Positions 49,142 through 58,262 of a DNA stretch of 64,000 bases are shown here, one piece after another. Under the pieces are notes generated by a model. It saw only the letters and a list, made by a program, of their open reading frames with translations. It was not told the origin of the DNA and made no database searches. The DNA comes from Candidatus Heimdallarchaeum aukensis. GTDB lineage: Archaea; Asgardarchaeota; Heimdallarchaeia; Heimdallarchaeales; Heimdallarchaeaceae. Both the position numbers and the translations under genes were made by a program. Positions within the stretch are counted from its first letter, which is position 1; every line of letters begins with the position of its first letter. Location of the stretch: assembly GCA_021513695.1 (NCBI GenBank), contig CP084166.1, positions 2,432,001 to 2,496,000 on the forward strand, written 5' to 3'.

Positions 49142-49516
49142 TTTTGTTTGACCTCCATTTTTTTCTGAACTAAAATTGGAAACAAATTATATATTGTTTA
49201 AGTCATACTAAAGTAGAGGTCGCCAGTTAGGGACTTTTTAGAAAGCAAATAATTCACCTTTTTCAGAATTTTTTGACATATATTTTTCTGTAACTTTTTG
49301 GTTTTAGGACCTATTTCTTATCTTAAACAAATAACCTAATTGTCAACAATAAAAACAAAACTCTGAAATCCTCTATTAACTGCCTTTATATGTTTTTAGA
49401 GCAATTTGTTAACATATAAATTGGTGAATAATCTGTGATTTAATTATCAATCGAAGAAAAATCAGGAAAACTTAGGAAAATAGGAGAGATAGCTCAAATA
49501 TTCTTTACTTCTTCAT

Positions 49517-50653
49517 CTATCTATTTACAAAGGATTTTCCGCAATTAGAGCAAAATCTAGCATCTATATCATTTTGAAATCCACAATTAGGACAATATTT
49601 GAATAATGGACGGTTAGGTATAACATTTCTATAAGCATTTCTGTTAGCATTATTTCTGTTAGCATTATTTCTGTTAGCATTTAGAGGATTAACTTGGTCG
49701 ATTTTTTTATCCCTTACTTCTAAAACCATTGAGTTAGGATTCCCAGAAGTAGGATTTTTCTTGAAAGCAATCCGAGTCTCATTATCAGCATAGATAACTT
49801 CTTCTGAGATAGCTGGATTTGGGTTATCAGTTCGTAAATTATTAGGTTGTACAAAGCTGCTTTGCATAGTAGAAGTTCCAAAAGTAAGACCTATCTTCTT
49901 TGCATCACTACTTAAACCATAAAAACCACCTACAAAGAAAATATAGCCTATAAGAGCAGAAATACCAGCAATTAAAAACCAAATCAAGAATGAAGCATCG
50001 AAATAACCAGTTAAGAAACCTTCAAGAATAGCACTTATCATTTTAATTGATCCAAAAACGCTAGAAAAAACAGAAATAATAATAATGTATCGAGAGTATA
50101 AGAGCCAATTAGTATACTGATCATAGAAAAGATTCATTTGTTTTAATTGATCAAAAGTGGAAGAAAGAGCTTTAAAACCTAAAGTGAGAAAAATAAAAGG
50201 AAGAAGAATTAATATTAATAAGATAAATGTAAAAGAAGGTAAAAAGAAAATCAAAGGAAACAAAAAAGGAGAAATAAAGGCTATAATCATCTCAGAAAAC
50301 ATACTCACTTTAATGTATTTGCTCACATCTTTAGCAGAATTAGTGTGAAAATTGTAGTAAAAAGAAAGCTCAGTAGAAAGGTCATTAAAACCACCTGCAA
50401 GTTTGAAAAAGAAAATATAACGAAAGATAACAAGAATAATAGGAAAAATAGAAACTAAAAAAAGAGAAACAAGACGATTATCAAGTTTTAAAAATTTAAC
50501 AAAAAGAGCAAAGCCCGTGTATAAAAATAAATAAGAAATGAATCCAGATAAAGCAATAATAATATAAATTATTCCTAAAGCTTTAGAAGAGCTAGATATT
50601 TTGTTTTTTATTATAGATAGTCTGCTTTGAGCTGTGTTTAGATGCATTTTCAA
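49517..50653 (-). CDS. polytopic membrane protein (paralog of 45750..46502) with C-terminal NANRN repeats and double zinc ribbon
   Basis: It shares the membrane core with 45750..46502. Its C-terminal tail is NANRNNANRNNANRNAYRN followed by YCPNCGFQNDIDARFCSNCGKSF. Confidence 0.5.
   Translation of the reverse strand: MKMHLNTAQSRLSIIKNKISSSSKALGIIYIIIALSGFISYLFLYTGFALFVKFLKLDNRLVSLFLVSIFPIILVIFRYIFFFKLAGGFNDLSTELSFYYNFHTNSAKDVSKYIKVSMFSEMIIAFISPFLFPLIFFLPSFTFILLILILLPFIFLTLGFKALSSTFDQLKQMNLFYDQYTNWLLYSRYIIIISVFSSVFGSIKMISAILEGFLTGYFDASFLIWFLIAGISALIGYIFFVGGFYGLSSDAKKIGLTFGTSTMQSSFVQPNNLRTDNPNPAISEEVIYADNETRIAFKKNPTSGNPNSMVLEVRDKKIDQVNPLNANRNNANRNNANRNAYRNVIPNRPLFKYCPNCGFQNDIDARFCSNCGKSFVNR
49630..49685. 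repeat. 15-nt tandem repeat (tctgttagcattatt) about x3 inside the CDS, encoding NANRN repeats on the minus strand
   Basis: The direct repeats are visible at 49633-49683. Confidence 0.7.
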
Positions 50654-51112
50654 ACCCTCAAGGAAATTTCAAAAACAAAATAAAAATTTTTTTTTAAAGA
50701 AAAAACAAGTTTAAATTTAAAATCTAAATAGAATTAAAAGAACAAAAAACCAAGAGTTAGAATTAAAAAAATTGAGCTGTAAAGTATCTGTTTAACATTA
50801 AACCTAGAATTAAAAAAGGTAACATAGAATATGATTGTATTTTGAGACCTTATTACAACATTAAGATAAAAGTGGTTTAATTTTTTTCATTTTTTACTTT
50901 TTTTTTTATTTTTTTCATTCTTAAGATTTTGATTTTTTGTTGTAACTGTATTCACTTTTTATTTGTAAACATTTATATGTCTTAGATAATAATAAATAGT
51001 TACAATGTTCATTTATAACATAAATCTTTTTGTTTATTTGAACATGGGTCTAGTAATAGAATAGCATGATTTAGTTTGGTGATTATATGAAAAAAATTCA
51101 GTTTTTTTTGTT

Positions 51113-51676
51113 TTGTTGATAGTTTTGTCTGCTTTTACAGCACGACAAGTTTTTTCATCTACTGATGAAAATGAAACAGATGTTCAAGAATATTTCTTTG
51201 ATTTAACCTTAATTTTTGTTGAAGATACTACTTTTGAGGATTATGCTCCATATATACAAAAATATCTCAAAGAGATAGGTATTAATGTATCAATTCTTCC
51301 TCAGAATTATTGGGATTTTTATTTTTCTGTTGTTTATGATCGCGATTTTGAGATTGCTTTAGCTGGTTATTCTAACTCTCCTGATGCATATCTCGATGAT
51401 TTGTTAATTGAAGATTCTAACAGTAACTATTGTTCATTTAATAGTTCAATTCCTTATTATAATGAAACAAATGATTATATTGAAAAAATTAAGACTACAG
51501 TCGATCCTGATACTAAGCTAACTTATTATTACAAATTACAAGAATTAGTAATGGACAAGGTTTTACCAGTTATTCCTCTCTTTACTTCAAATGAGTATAC
51601 TATTGCTTGGTCAAACTTGAAAGGTTACGATATGTCTTGGGGATTAGTAAACAGTTTACATTACATGGTTTTGTAA
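51113..51676 (+). CDS. short ABC-transporter family-5 solute-binding-protein-like ORF: signal peptide fused directly to the C-terminal lobe. The N-terminus is probably disrupted by a frameshift in an 8-T homopolymer (ATG at 51087).
   Basis: IGINVS...RDFEIALAGYSNSPDAYLDDLL...YNETNDYIEKIKTT.DPDTKLTYYYKLQELVMDKVLPVIPLF matches the SBP_bac_5 C-terminal third. The ATG at 51087 followed by T8 at 51102-51109 would give MKKIQFFFVLLIVLSAF... if one T were added. Confidence 0.45.
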   Translation: MLIVLSAFTARQVFSSTDENETDVQEYFFDLTLIFVEDTTFEDYAPYIQKYLKEIGINVSILPQNYWDFYFSVVYDRDFEIALAGYSNSPDAYLDDLLIEDSNSNYCSFNSSIPYYNETNDYIEKIKTTVDPDTKLTYYYKLQELVMDKVLPVIPLFTSNEYTIAWSNLKGYDMSWGLVNSLHYMVL

Positions 51677-51697
51677 AGTCAAAACTTAAAATTTTTA

Positions 51698-52723
51698 TTT
51701 TATATAAAGCATGTCCAAAAATTAATTTTTATTAATGTGGGGGTTTATGTCGGAATTATGAGTTTCTTTCAGATCATAGACCCCCACAAACTAAGAGAAT
51801 TCATAATTATGAATGAACCTTTCCTTAAGAAATTGGTGGATGAGAAAACGAGAGAAAGCAAGAAAGGAAGAAAAAAATAGCAGAAAGATGGGTAATATTA
51901 GCAATAACAATCATTGCAAGAATAGAAGGGATAGCCTGGAGGAAGTTAGAAGAAAAGTTGCCTCTATGCGATTTTTTGATAGAAGAGGGGTGGATGAGGA
52001 AGATTCCTTCTAAATCTACTTTTCATGCAGTGTGGGAAGCAACAGAAATTAAAATTTTAGAGCAGTGGATAATAGATTTAGGGGGAGAAATAGTGAGAAA
52101 AAAAGGGTTGAAAGCTATGGCAGTGGACAGTTCAGGGTTTAAAATTCGTTAAGCTTCTGTTTGGCGTTTTCTCAAGTGGTCAAGAGGGACACTAAAGAAA
52201 TCCTCCCAACTAAACTTTTCTGGAAGATACACCTTATAGTTGGTTTACCCTCCAGAGCTGTAGTCTCTCTAGCTCATTCAGCTAGTAACACTCACGATAG
52301 TAAAGTCTTCGGTTTACTATGGCAGAAACTTCCTTCTGCACTCTTAAGACCGTTCTTGAGATTCTATGATGACTGCGCCTACTGGACAGAAAATATCGTC
52401 GGTCTTCTTAGCCAACATTCTTTTTTCCCTGTTATTCCCCCAAAAAGTAATGCTCGTTATCCCTCTCCTCCTCCCCTCGGACCAATAGTTCAAGCTCATC
52501 GTCTCTACCCTGGTCTCTATCGTCGTAATCATCACCCCGAGTATCGTAGTAGTATTGAACATGTCTTTGGTCTTCTCAAACTCTCTCTTCCGCCCATCCT
52601 TGATCGTTTACCCTCTACTATTCTTTCTACGCTTTACAGTTCTCTTCTCTGTTACAACTACCTTTTACTCCTTCGGACCGTTTAGTAGGTGAAAAAGAAT
52701 TTTTGGACATGCTTTATATAAAA
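51698..52723. mobile_element. insertion sequence, IS4/IS5 superfamily (IS5-like), 1026 bp, with perfect 26-bp terminal inverted repeats; the transposase is degraded
   Basis: The left end 51698-51723 is ttttatataaagcatgtccaaaaatt. The right end 52698-52723 is its exact reverse complement. The interior is markedly GC-richer than the flanks, and it carries the transposase C-terminal motif YRSSIEHVFGLLK (IS5 Y-R-IE-F-LK). Confidence 0.75.
51813..52685 (+). pseudogene. IS5-family DDE transposase split over three ORFs in frames 0/+1/0 (51813-52013, 51958-52152, 52161-52685)
   Basis: ORF2 has the DDE D1 region MAVDSSGFKI. ORF3 has the C-terminal YRSSIEHVFGLLK. Two opposite frame shifts argue for decay rather than programmed frameshifting. 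Confidence 0.65.
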
Positions 52724-52783
52724 CGAAATTATCGACACTTTTGTATGCAATATTTTATAATTTGTTATTTTTTGTTTTAGTTA

Positions 52784-54421
52784 ATGAGTGAAAAAGTAAC
52801 AAAAAAGAAATTACGTGAATTAACACTTTGGGGAAAGGAAGAACCTGAAAAGCTTAGTGAAGGATTAGTAAAAGAGCTTAGTTTACTTATTCCTTCTTGG
52901 AAAATTAAGGAATTAAAAGAAGAAGAATTAGAACAAGAAGTGAGTATACCTCCTAACAGTTTGTCAGAAAAACAAATAGCAGAGTTAAAAGAAATTGTAG
53001 GAGAGAATAATCTAAATTTGGATGCTATTACTAGAATCATGTATTCTCATGGAGGAGCAGGAGAAGATTTAATTAGAGTTAGAACAGCTAATTTTTCTTT
53101 GTTAACTGAAGCAGTTGTTCATCCAGAAACAGAAGAACAAATTATCGCTGTGATGAAATTCTGTGAAAAAAACAATCTTTCTCTGATAGTAGTGGGAGGA
53201 AGAACAGGAGTTACACGGGCTACAAATCTATCAAAAAAAGGAATAACAATAGATTTACGTCCACATTTTACAAAAATAATTCACTTTGATAAAGAACAGT
53301 TATTAGTTAGAGTTCAAACAGGAATCTTGGGGCCAGAGTTGGAGGATTATTTACAGAGAAGAGGATGTACTCTAGGTCATTTTCCCCAATCTTTTGAACA
53401 ATCTTCTGTTGGAGGATGGATCGCTTCAAGAAGTGCAGGACAAAATTCTTCTTTAGTAGGAAAAATAGAAGATATGGTTATTAGCCTTCGAGTTTGCACT
53501 CCTCAGGGTATAGTAGAATCACACCTTTCTCCTGCTAGAGCTACTGGTCCCCAGTGGTTCAGATATTTTATTGGCAGTGAAGGAACATTAGGAATTATTA
53601 CTGAAGCTGTGCTTAAAATCAGGACCGATGAAACAAGAAACAGAAAATTTGCTAGTTTTATGTTTCCTTCTTTTCAAGATGGAATAAACGCAATGAGAGA
53701 AATATATCAAGGAGAATTTATTCCAGCTATCGGTAGACTTTCATGTGGAAATGAAACACAAGCCTATTTGCTCTTAAATAGGGAAGGAAAGGTGAGATTA
53801 AAAGATAAACTAATAGAATTTATATTGAAAACCCTCAAATTTTACCCAATGCGACGAGCAGTATTTCTTACTGTCTTTGAAGGAAGTAAAGAATATGTAA
53901 AAAAAGCCAAAAAGAGAGTAAAAAAGATAGCTTTAAGACATAAAGGATTGCCTGCTGGAGGGAGTTATTCTAAAAAATGGTTTGAAGATCGATTTGAACA
54001 TCCACATTTAAGAGACAGCTTGCTAGATAAAGGACTTATAGTAGATACTCTTGAGACAGCTAGTACTTGGGATAATGTTCCTATATTAGAGAAAAAAGTG
54101 AAAGAAGCAGTAAAAGATATTTGCCCACTAACTATTGCTCATCTTTCTCATAGTTATCCATCTGGTTCAGCAATATACTTTACTTTCTTCATACCTTTAC
54201 AGAAAAACAAAGGATTAGAACAAATTAGAGAGTTGCAGAAGAGAGTAATTACTACTTTTCAAAAAAATGGAGGAGTAGTTTCTCACCACCATGGTATAGG
54301 TAAAGCATTCAAAGAGTGGGGAAAGAAAGAGTGGGGAGAAACAGCTTTAAAAATGGCTGAAGGAGTAAAAAAAGAACTAGATCCTGATAATATTCTTAAT
54401 CCTGATAATTTTCCTTTTTAA
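52784..54421 (+). CDS. FAD-linked oxidase (FAD_binding_4 + FAD-oxidase_C), GlcD/D-lactate dehydrogenase / alkyl-DHAP-synthase-like, with ~105-aa N-terminal extension
   Basis: It has the FAD-binding PCMH domain VVHPETEEQIIAVMKFCEKNNLSLIVVGGRTGV...GITIDL and the C-terminal motif VSHHHGIGK, which is typical of this family. Confidence 0.7.
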   Translation: MSEKVTKKKLRELTLWGKEEPEKLSEGLVKELSLLIPSWKIKELKEEELEQEVSIPPNSLSEKQIAELKEIVGENNLNLDAITRIMYSHGGAGEDLIRVRTANFSLLTEAVVHPETEEQIIAVMKFCEKNNLSLIVVGGRTGVTRATNLSKKGITIDLRPHFTKIIHFDKEQLLVRVQTGILGPELEDYLQRRGCTLGHFPQSFEQSSVGGWIASRSAGQNSSLVGKIEDMVISLRVCTPQGIVESHLSPARATGPQWFRYFIGSEGTLGIITEAVLKIRTDETRNRKFASFMFPSFQDGINAMREIYQGEFIPAIGRLSCGNETQAYLLLNREGKVRLKDKLIEFILKTLKFYPMRRAVFLTVFEGSKEYVKKAKKRVKKIALRHKGLPAGGSYSKKWFEDRFEHPHLRDSLLDKGLIVDTLETASTWDNVPILEKKVKEAVKDICPLTIAHLSHSYPSGSAIYFTFFIPLQKNKGLEQIRELQKRVITTFQKNGGVVSHHHGIGKAFKEWGKKEWGETALKMAEGVKKELDPDNILNPDNFPF

Positions 54422-54559
54422 TACTTTTTTCTCTACTTAACACATCTAATTTTAATATTAAGAAAATAGGGTTCGTTTATAATATAAATTAATAGATTAA
54501 AAATAGCGCTCGCTTGAAAAATTAGCTGTTATGAATTAGAAAAAACTAAATAACCTTTT

Positions 54560-56212
54560 ATGCAATGCGAAATTATGCATAGAAATAGACAAATACAAAA
54601 ACTTCAGACAGAAATTTTTGATATTATCGTCATCGGTGGAGGGATAAATGGGTTAGGAGTAGCTCGTGATGCAGCTTTAAGAGGGTTAAAGGTTGCTTTA
54701 ATTGAAAAAGGAGATTTTGGTTCAGGAACAAGCTCAGCTAGTGCTAAGTTAATCCATGGAGGATTGAGATATTTAGAAACTTATCAGTTTAAAATAGTAT
54801 TAGAAAGTGTGAAAGAACGTAATATCCAATTAAAGGTCGCTCCTCATATAGTAAAACCTATTCATTTTGTTATTCCCACTTTTAAGGGTGATAGAGTAAA
54901 GAAATGGTTGATATTGTTAGGTTTATATGTTTATGACCTTTTTTCTATGTTTAAGAGACCTAGACATAAAAATCTAAGCAAAAAAAGGATTTTGGAACTA
55001 GTTCCATGGCTAAAAAAGGAAAAACTGAACGGTGGAGGGTTATATTGCGACGCTATAACCGATGATGCTAGATTGTGTTTGATTAATGCCCAAGCTGCTT
55101 ATGAAAATGGTGCAGTTATATTAAATTATATTCAAGCAAAGGACATAGTAAGAGAAAAGGATAATTGGTTGGTTTGTGCAAAAGATAAGATAGAAAATAA
55201 AGAAATAGAAATAAGAGGACGTACTGTTGTTTCTGTTGCTGGAGTATGGACAAAAAATCTTCTCTATAAAGAGGAAAAAGTACCAAGTATTTTATTTTCA
55301 AAAGGTTCACATTTGGTTTTTCCACAAAAATTCAAAGACTTTGGAATAACTTACAGTTATCAATCTAGAAAAGGAGGAGGATATATTATTCCATGGAAAA
55401 ATGTGACCCTTATAGGTACAACAGATAATATTTGTGACAATATTGAGGAAGCTAATCTAACACCAAAAGAAGATATTGAATTCCTTCATAAGGAAGTAAA
55501 CAGACTATGTGGTAAGAGTTCGTTCTTCGCTAAGGATCAAATACAAGCAACTTTTGCTGGAATAAGACCTCTCTTTATTGATAAAAAGGAGAAAGAAAAA
55601 GAGATAACTGATATATCTCGTGAATACAAAATTACAGAATTAGAAAAAGGGTTAATCGTTGTTATAGGTGGAAAACTCACTACATATAGATTACTCGCTA
55701 AAAAAGTAGTAGATAAAATAACAAAGAAACATTTGAAAATTAGAAGAAAATGTTTAACTCATAAAGCAAAGTTACCAGGGTCAGACGTGGAAAACTATGA
55801 AAAAGAAGAAAAAAGAATTCTTAAAGAATTAGAGTCAATGAATATAGAACCAATTTGCGCTTCACACTTAATAAACACGTACGGTACAAGAGTAGATAAA
55901 ATAATAGAAATAGCAAAAGAAAAACCATCTTTAAAGGATAGAATCTCACAAAATAAACCAATCATTAAGGCAGAAATAGAATATATGCTTGCTAATGAGT
56001 TTGTTGAAACACTAGAAGATATAATGATTAGACGTACATGGTTAAACCTTGAACAAGATCACGGTTTTGATTGTCTTGATTATATTTCCAATTGTTTAAG
56101 AAAAGAATACGAGAAAAAGCATTCAAAAGAAAAAGCTACAGAGATGATTAATCAGCAACTTATAAGCTATAAGGAATATATATCAAAAATGGAGAAAAGA
56201 ATAAATTATTGA
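54560..56212 (+). CDS. FAD-dependent glycerol-3-phosphate dehydrogenase (GlpA/GlpD family)
   Basis: FDIIVIGGGINGLGVARDAALRGLKVALIEKGDFGSGTSSASAKLIHGGLRYLE is the GlpD/GlpA N-terminus. GTTDN and a C-terminal helical domain are also present. Confidence 0.75.
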   Translation: MQCEIMHRNRQIQKLQTEIFDIIVIGGGINGLGVARDAALRGLKVALIEKGDFGSGTSSASAKLIHGGLRYLETYQFKIVLESVKERNIQLKVAPHIVKPIHFVIPTFKGDRVKKWLILLGLYVYDLFSMFKRPRHKNLSKKRILELVPWLKKEKLNGGGLYCDAITDDARLCLINAQAAYENGAVILNYIQAKDIVREKDNWLVCAKDKIENKEIEIRGRTVVSVAGVWTKNLLYKEEKVPSILFSKGSHLVFPQKFKDFGITYSYQSRKGGGYIIPWKNVTLIGTTDNICDNIEEANLTPKEDIEFLHKEVNRLCGKSSFFAKDQIQATFAGIRPLFIDKKEKEKEITDISREYKITELEKGLIVVIGGKLTTYRLLAKKVVDKITKKHLKIRRKCLTHKAKLPGSDVENYEKEEKRILKELESMNIEPICASHLINTYGTRVDKIIEIAKEKPSLKDRISQNKPIIKAEIEYMLANEFVETLEDIMIRRTWLNLEQDHGFDCLDYISNCLRKEYEKKHSKEKATEMINQQLISYKEYISKMEKRINY

Positions 56213-56355
56213 AAAGATAAACTTAATTTTGCACAAAGTAACTGTAATCCAATCTTGTTGTCAGTACGACAGAAGTAAATCAGTTTTATATAGTAAATTG
56301 AAATGTTTACTGATGTTTACTATATCTTTATTAAGTCATTAGCATAAATTTCTCT

Positions 56356-56901
56356 TTGATGAAAAAAGCAGTATATTTAACTAAGTTTGTATTTATAGTT
56401 TTAATTCTATCTTATTCAGCAATAATCACCTTTTCAGAAAATACAAATGAAAATGATTATTTCTTTTCTATAAACTTACTATCTCCTAATCCTTCTTGCT
56501 GTCCTAATGAATATGCCTACCAAATGGAAGAAGAATTACCAAAAATTGGTATTAATATTAGTCACCATGAATCAACCGGTTGGGGTAATATTATGCCCAG
56601 AACATGGGGTTATCCCGTTGGTGAAGAAGGTAAGTTTGATTATATACCCACCTATGAAGAAGGAGGATACGATATCCTCTTTGTAGGTTGGTGTTGGAAA
56701 CTAGATTGGGATCCAACAGGACTGTTTGATTCACCAAGTATAGTGCCGAACGGAGATAATGTATACCAATATAACAATCCTGAATTTGATACAAAGCTTG
56801 TTGAGTATACGACTGAACTAAATGATGAAGAACGTATTGAAAAAGCAAAAGAATTACAAGCTATTATTTATGAAGACCTGCCAGCTATAACCATGACTTA
56901 A
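56356..56901 (+). CDS. short SBP family-5-like ORF (signal peptide + C-terminal lobe), paralog of 51113..51676, truncated right after the conserved EDLPAI region
   Basis: The signal peptide MMKKAVYLTKFVFIVLILSYSAIITFS is followed by IGINIS...YDILFVGW..DWDPTGLFDS...NVYQYNNPEFDTKLVEYTTELNDEERIEKAKELQAIIYEDLPAI. Confidence 0.45.
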   Translation: MMKKAVYLTKFVFIVLILSYSAIITFSENTNENDYFFSINLLSPNPSCCPNEYAYQMEEELPKIGINISHHESTGWGNIMPRTWGYPVGEEGKFDYIPTYEEGGYDILFVGWCWKLDWDPTGLFDSPSIVPNGDNVYQYNNPEFDTKLVEYTTELNDEERIEKAKELQAIIYEDLPAITMT

Positions 56902-57417
56902 TGCACTTAAGGCGAAGCCATAAGGTTTTTTGAATTTAAATTCTACTGTATCATTATCTATCGCCTTAATTGAATCGTTATTTTCGAACAAGCTTGTTAG
57001 TTCTTTGTAAAATGGTGTGTTTAGCGCTTTTGTCATAAACAGTTCATACGTATAATCTACATCATAAGCTGTTACTTTATCCCCATTAGAGAAATAGGCG
57101 TTGGGATTAATATCTACTCTAATTACTTTCTTATCTTCGCTAATGGTGTAATTTTTAGCTATAACTGGTTCCATCAGATGAGTTTCCTGAGAACGTTCAA
57201 AAAGTCCATAATAGACACAATTCATCCATAGTTTATCATAATATGATTCTTGTATAAAAATGCTGTATTCTGTTAACTCTGCGGGGATAGTCCAACTAAT
57301 ATTATCTCCACCTATTTTTTCCCAATTTTCTGAACGATGAGCACTGTTAATTAATAAAGTAGGATCAATACCTTTGACACTCTTATTGCACAGATAAATT
57401 TCTTCGAAGTAAAGCAT
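56854..57417 (-). pseudogene. N-terminal lobe fragment of an ABC family-5 solute-binding protein, encoded on the opposite strand and lacking a signal peptide
   Basis: GLFERSQETHLMEPVIAKNYTISEDKKVIRVDINPNAYFSNGDKVTAYDVDYTYE and SIKAIDNDTVEFKFKKPYGFALSALS align with the DppA/OppA N-terminal domain. Confidence 0.55.
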
Positions 57418-57420
57418 GGT

Positions 57421-58128
57421 ATAATAAACAAAAAACTAGTAAGTCAATATATAGAAGAAAATGGATACAAACTTACAGTCCTAGATCAAGCTCTGGTAAC
57501 AAGCACAGGACCATACATGCTAAATGTTTCTGAGTTTAATACAAGTAAAAGTATAGTAACACTCAGACCAAATCCATATTGGTCTATTACAGAAAAAAAA
57601 CCAGTAAACAAACTAATATTCCAGTACATAAGTGGTAAAGATACAGCAATTAGTGCTTTAGCAAATGGTACAATAGATATAGTTGATTCAAGTTATTGCA
57701 CAAAAGAAACAGATTTTGAAAATGTAGAAGTGAATATCCTAATAGCTAAAAGTATGAATACAGAAGAAATGGCTATAAATATGAAACACCCAATAATAGG
57801 AACAGGAGAACTTACACCTCTAGGAACGGCAGAAGCAGCAAAAAAAATACGCCAAGCGATAAGTCATGCAGTACCAAGAGAAACACTAGTAGAAAAAATA
57901 TTTTATGGAACAGCTATCCCAGGAGTGACTCCAATGCCAGAAGGATGTATAGGTTTTGATTCGTCATTAGAACCCTTTACTTATGACATATATCTAGCTA
58001 TTCAACTAATTGAGGAAGCAGGATTTACAAGAAATATTACAACAGACACAACAGGAAATGCTACATTAATAGTAGTAACATTGATTTCTATTTGTTATGC
58101 TGTAATCTTAAAAAGGAAAAAGAAATAA
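57421..58128 (+). pseudogene. middle-domain fragment of an ABC family-5 solute-binding protein ending in a C-terminal TM anchor; no in-frame start before 57517
   Basis: The open frame from about 57358 reads ...KKLVSQYIEENGYKLTVLDQALVTSTGPYMLNVSEFNTSKSIVTLRPNPYW...IRQAISHAVPRETLVEKIFYGTAIPG...PFTYDIYLAIQLIEEAGFT. It ends ATLIVVTLISICYAVILKRKKK. Confidence 0.5.
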
Positions 58129-58262
58129 ATTAAATCCTTCTATTAGATAACACAGCAATGAAACAATATCTCATATATATAAAGGGATTTAGGGATATTA
58201 TTCATAATTTCATATTTTCCTCTTCTATAAATATGCTCTATGTTTGTTGAACAATAAATCTA

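Noticed and set aside
51813-52685. Programmed ribosomal frameshifting in the IS transposase
   Set aside because: Joining the three ORFs needs a +1 and then a -1 shift. No slippery heptamer was recognised. Two compensating shifts are more consistent with pseudogenisation.
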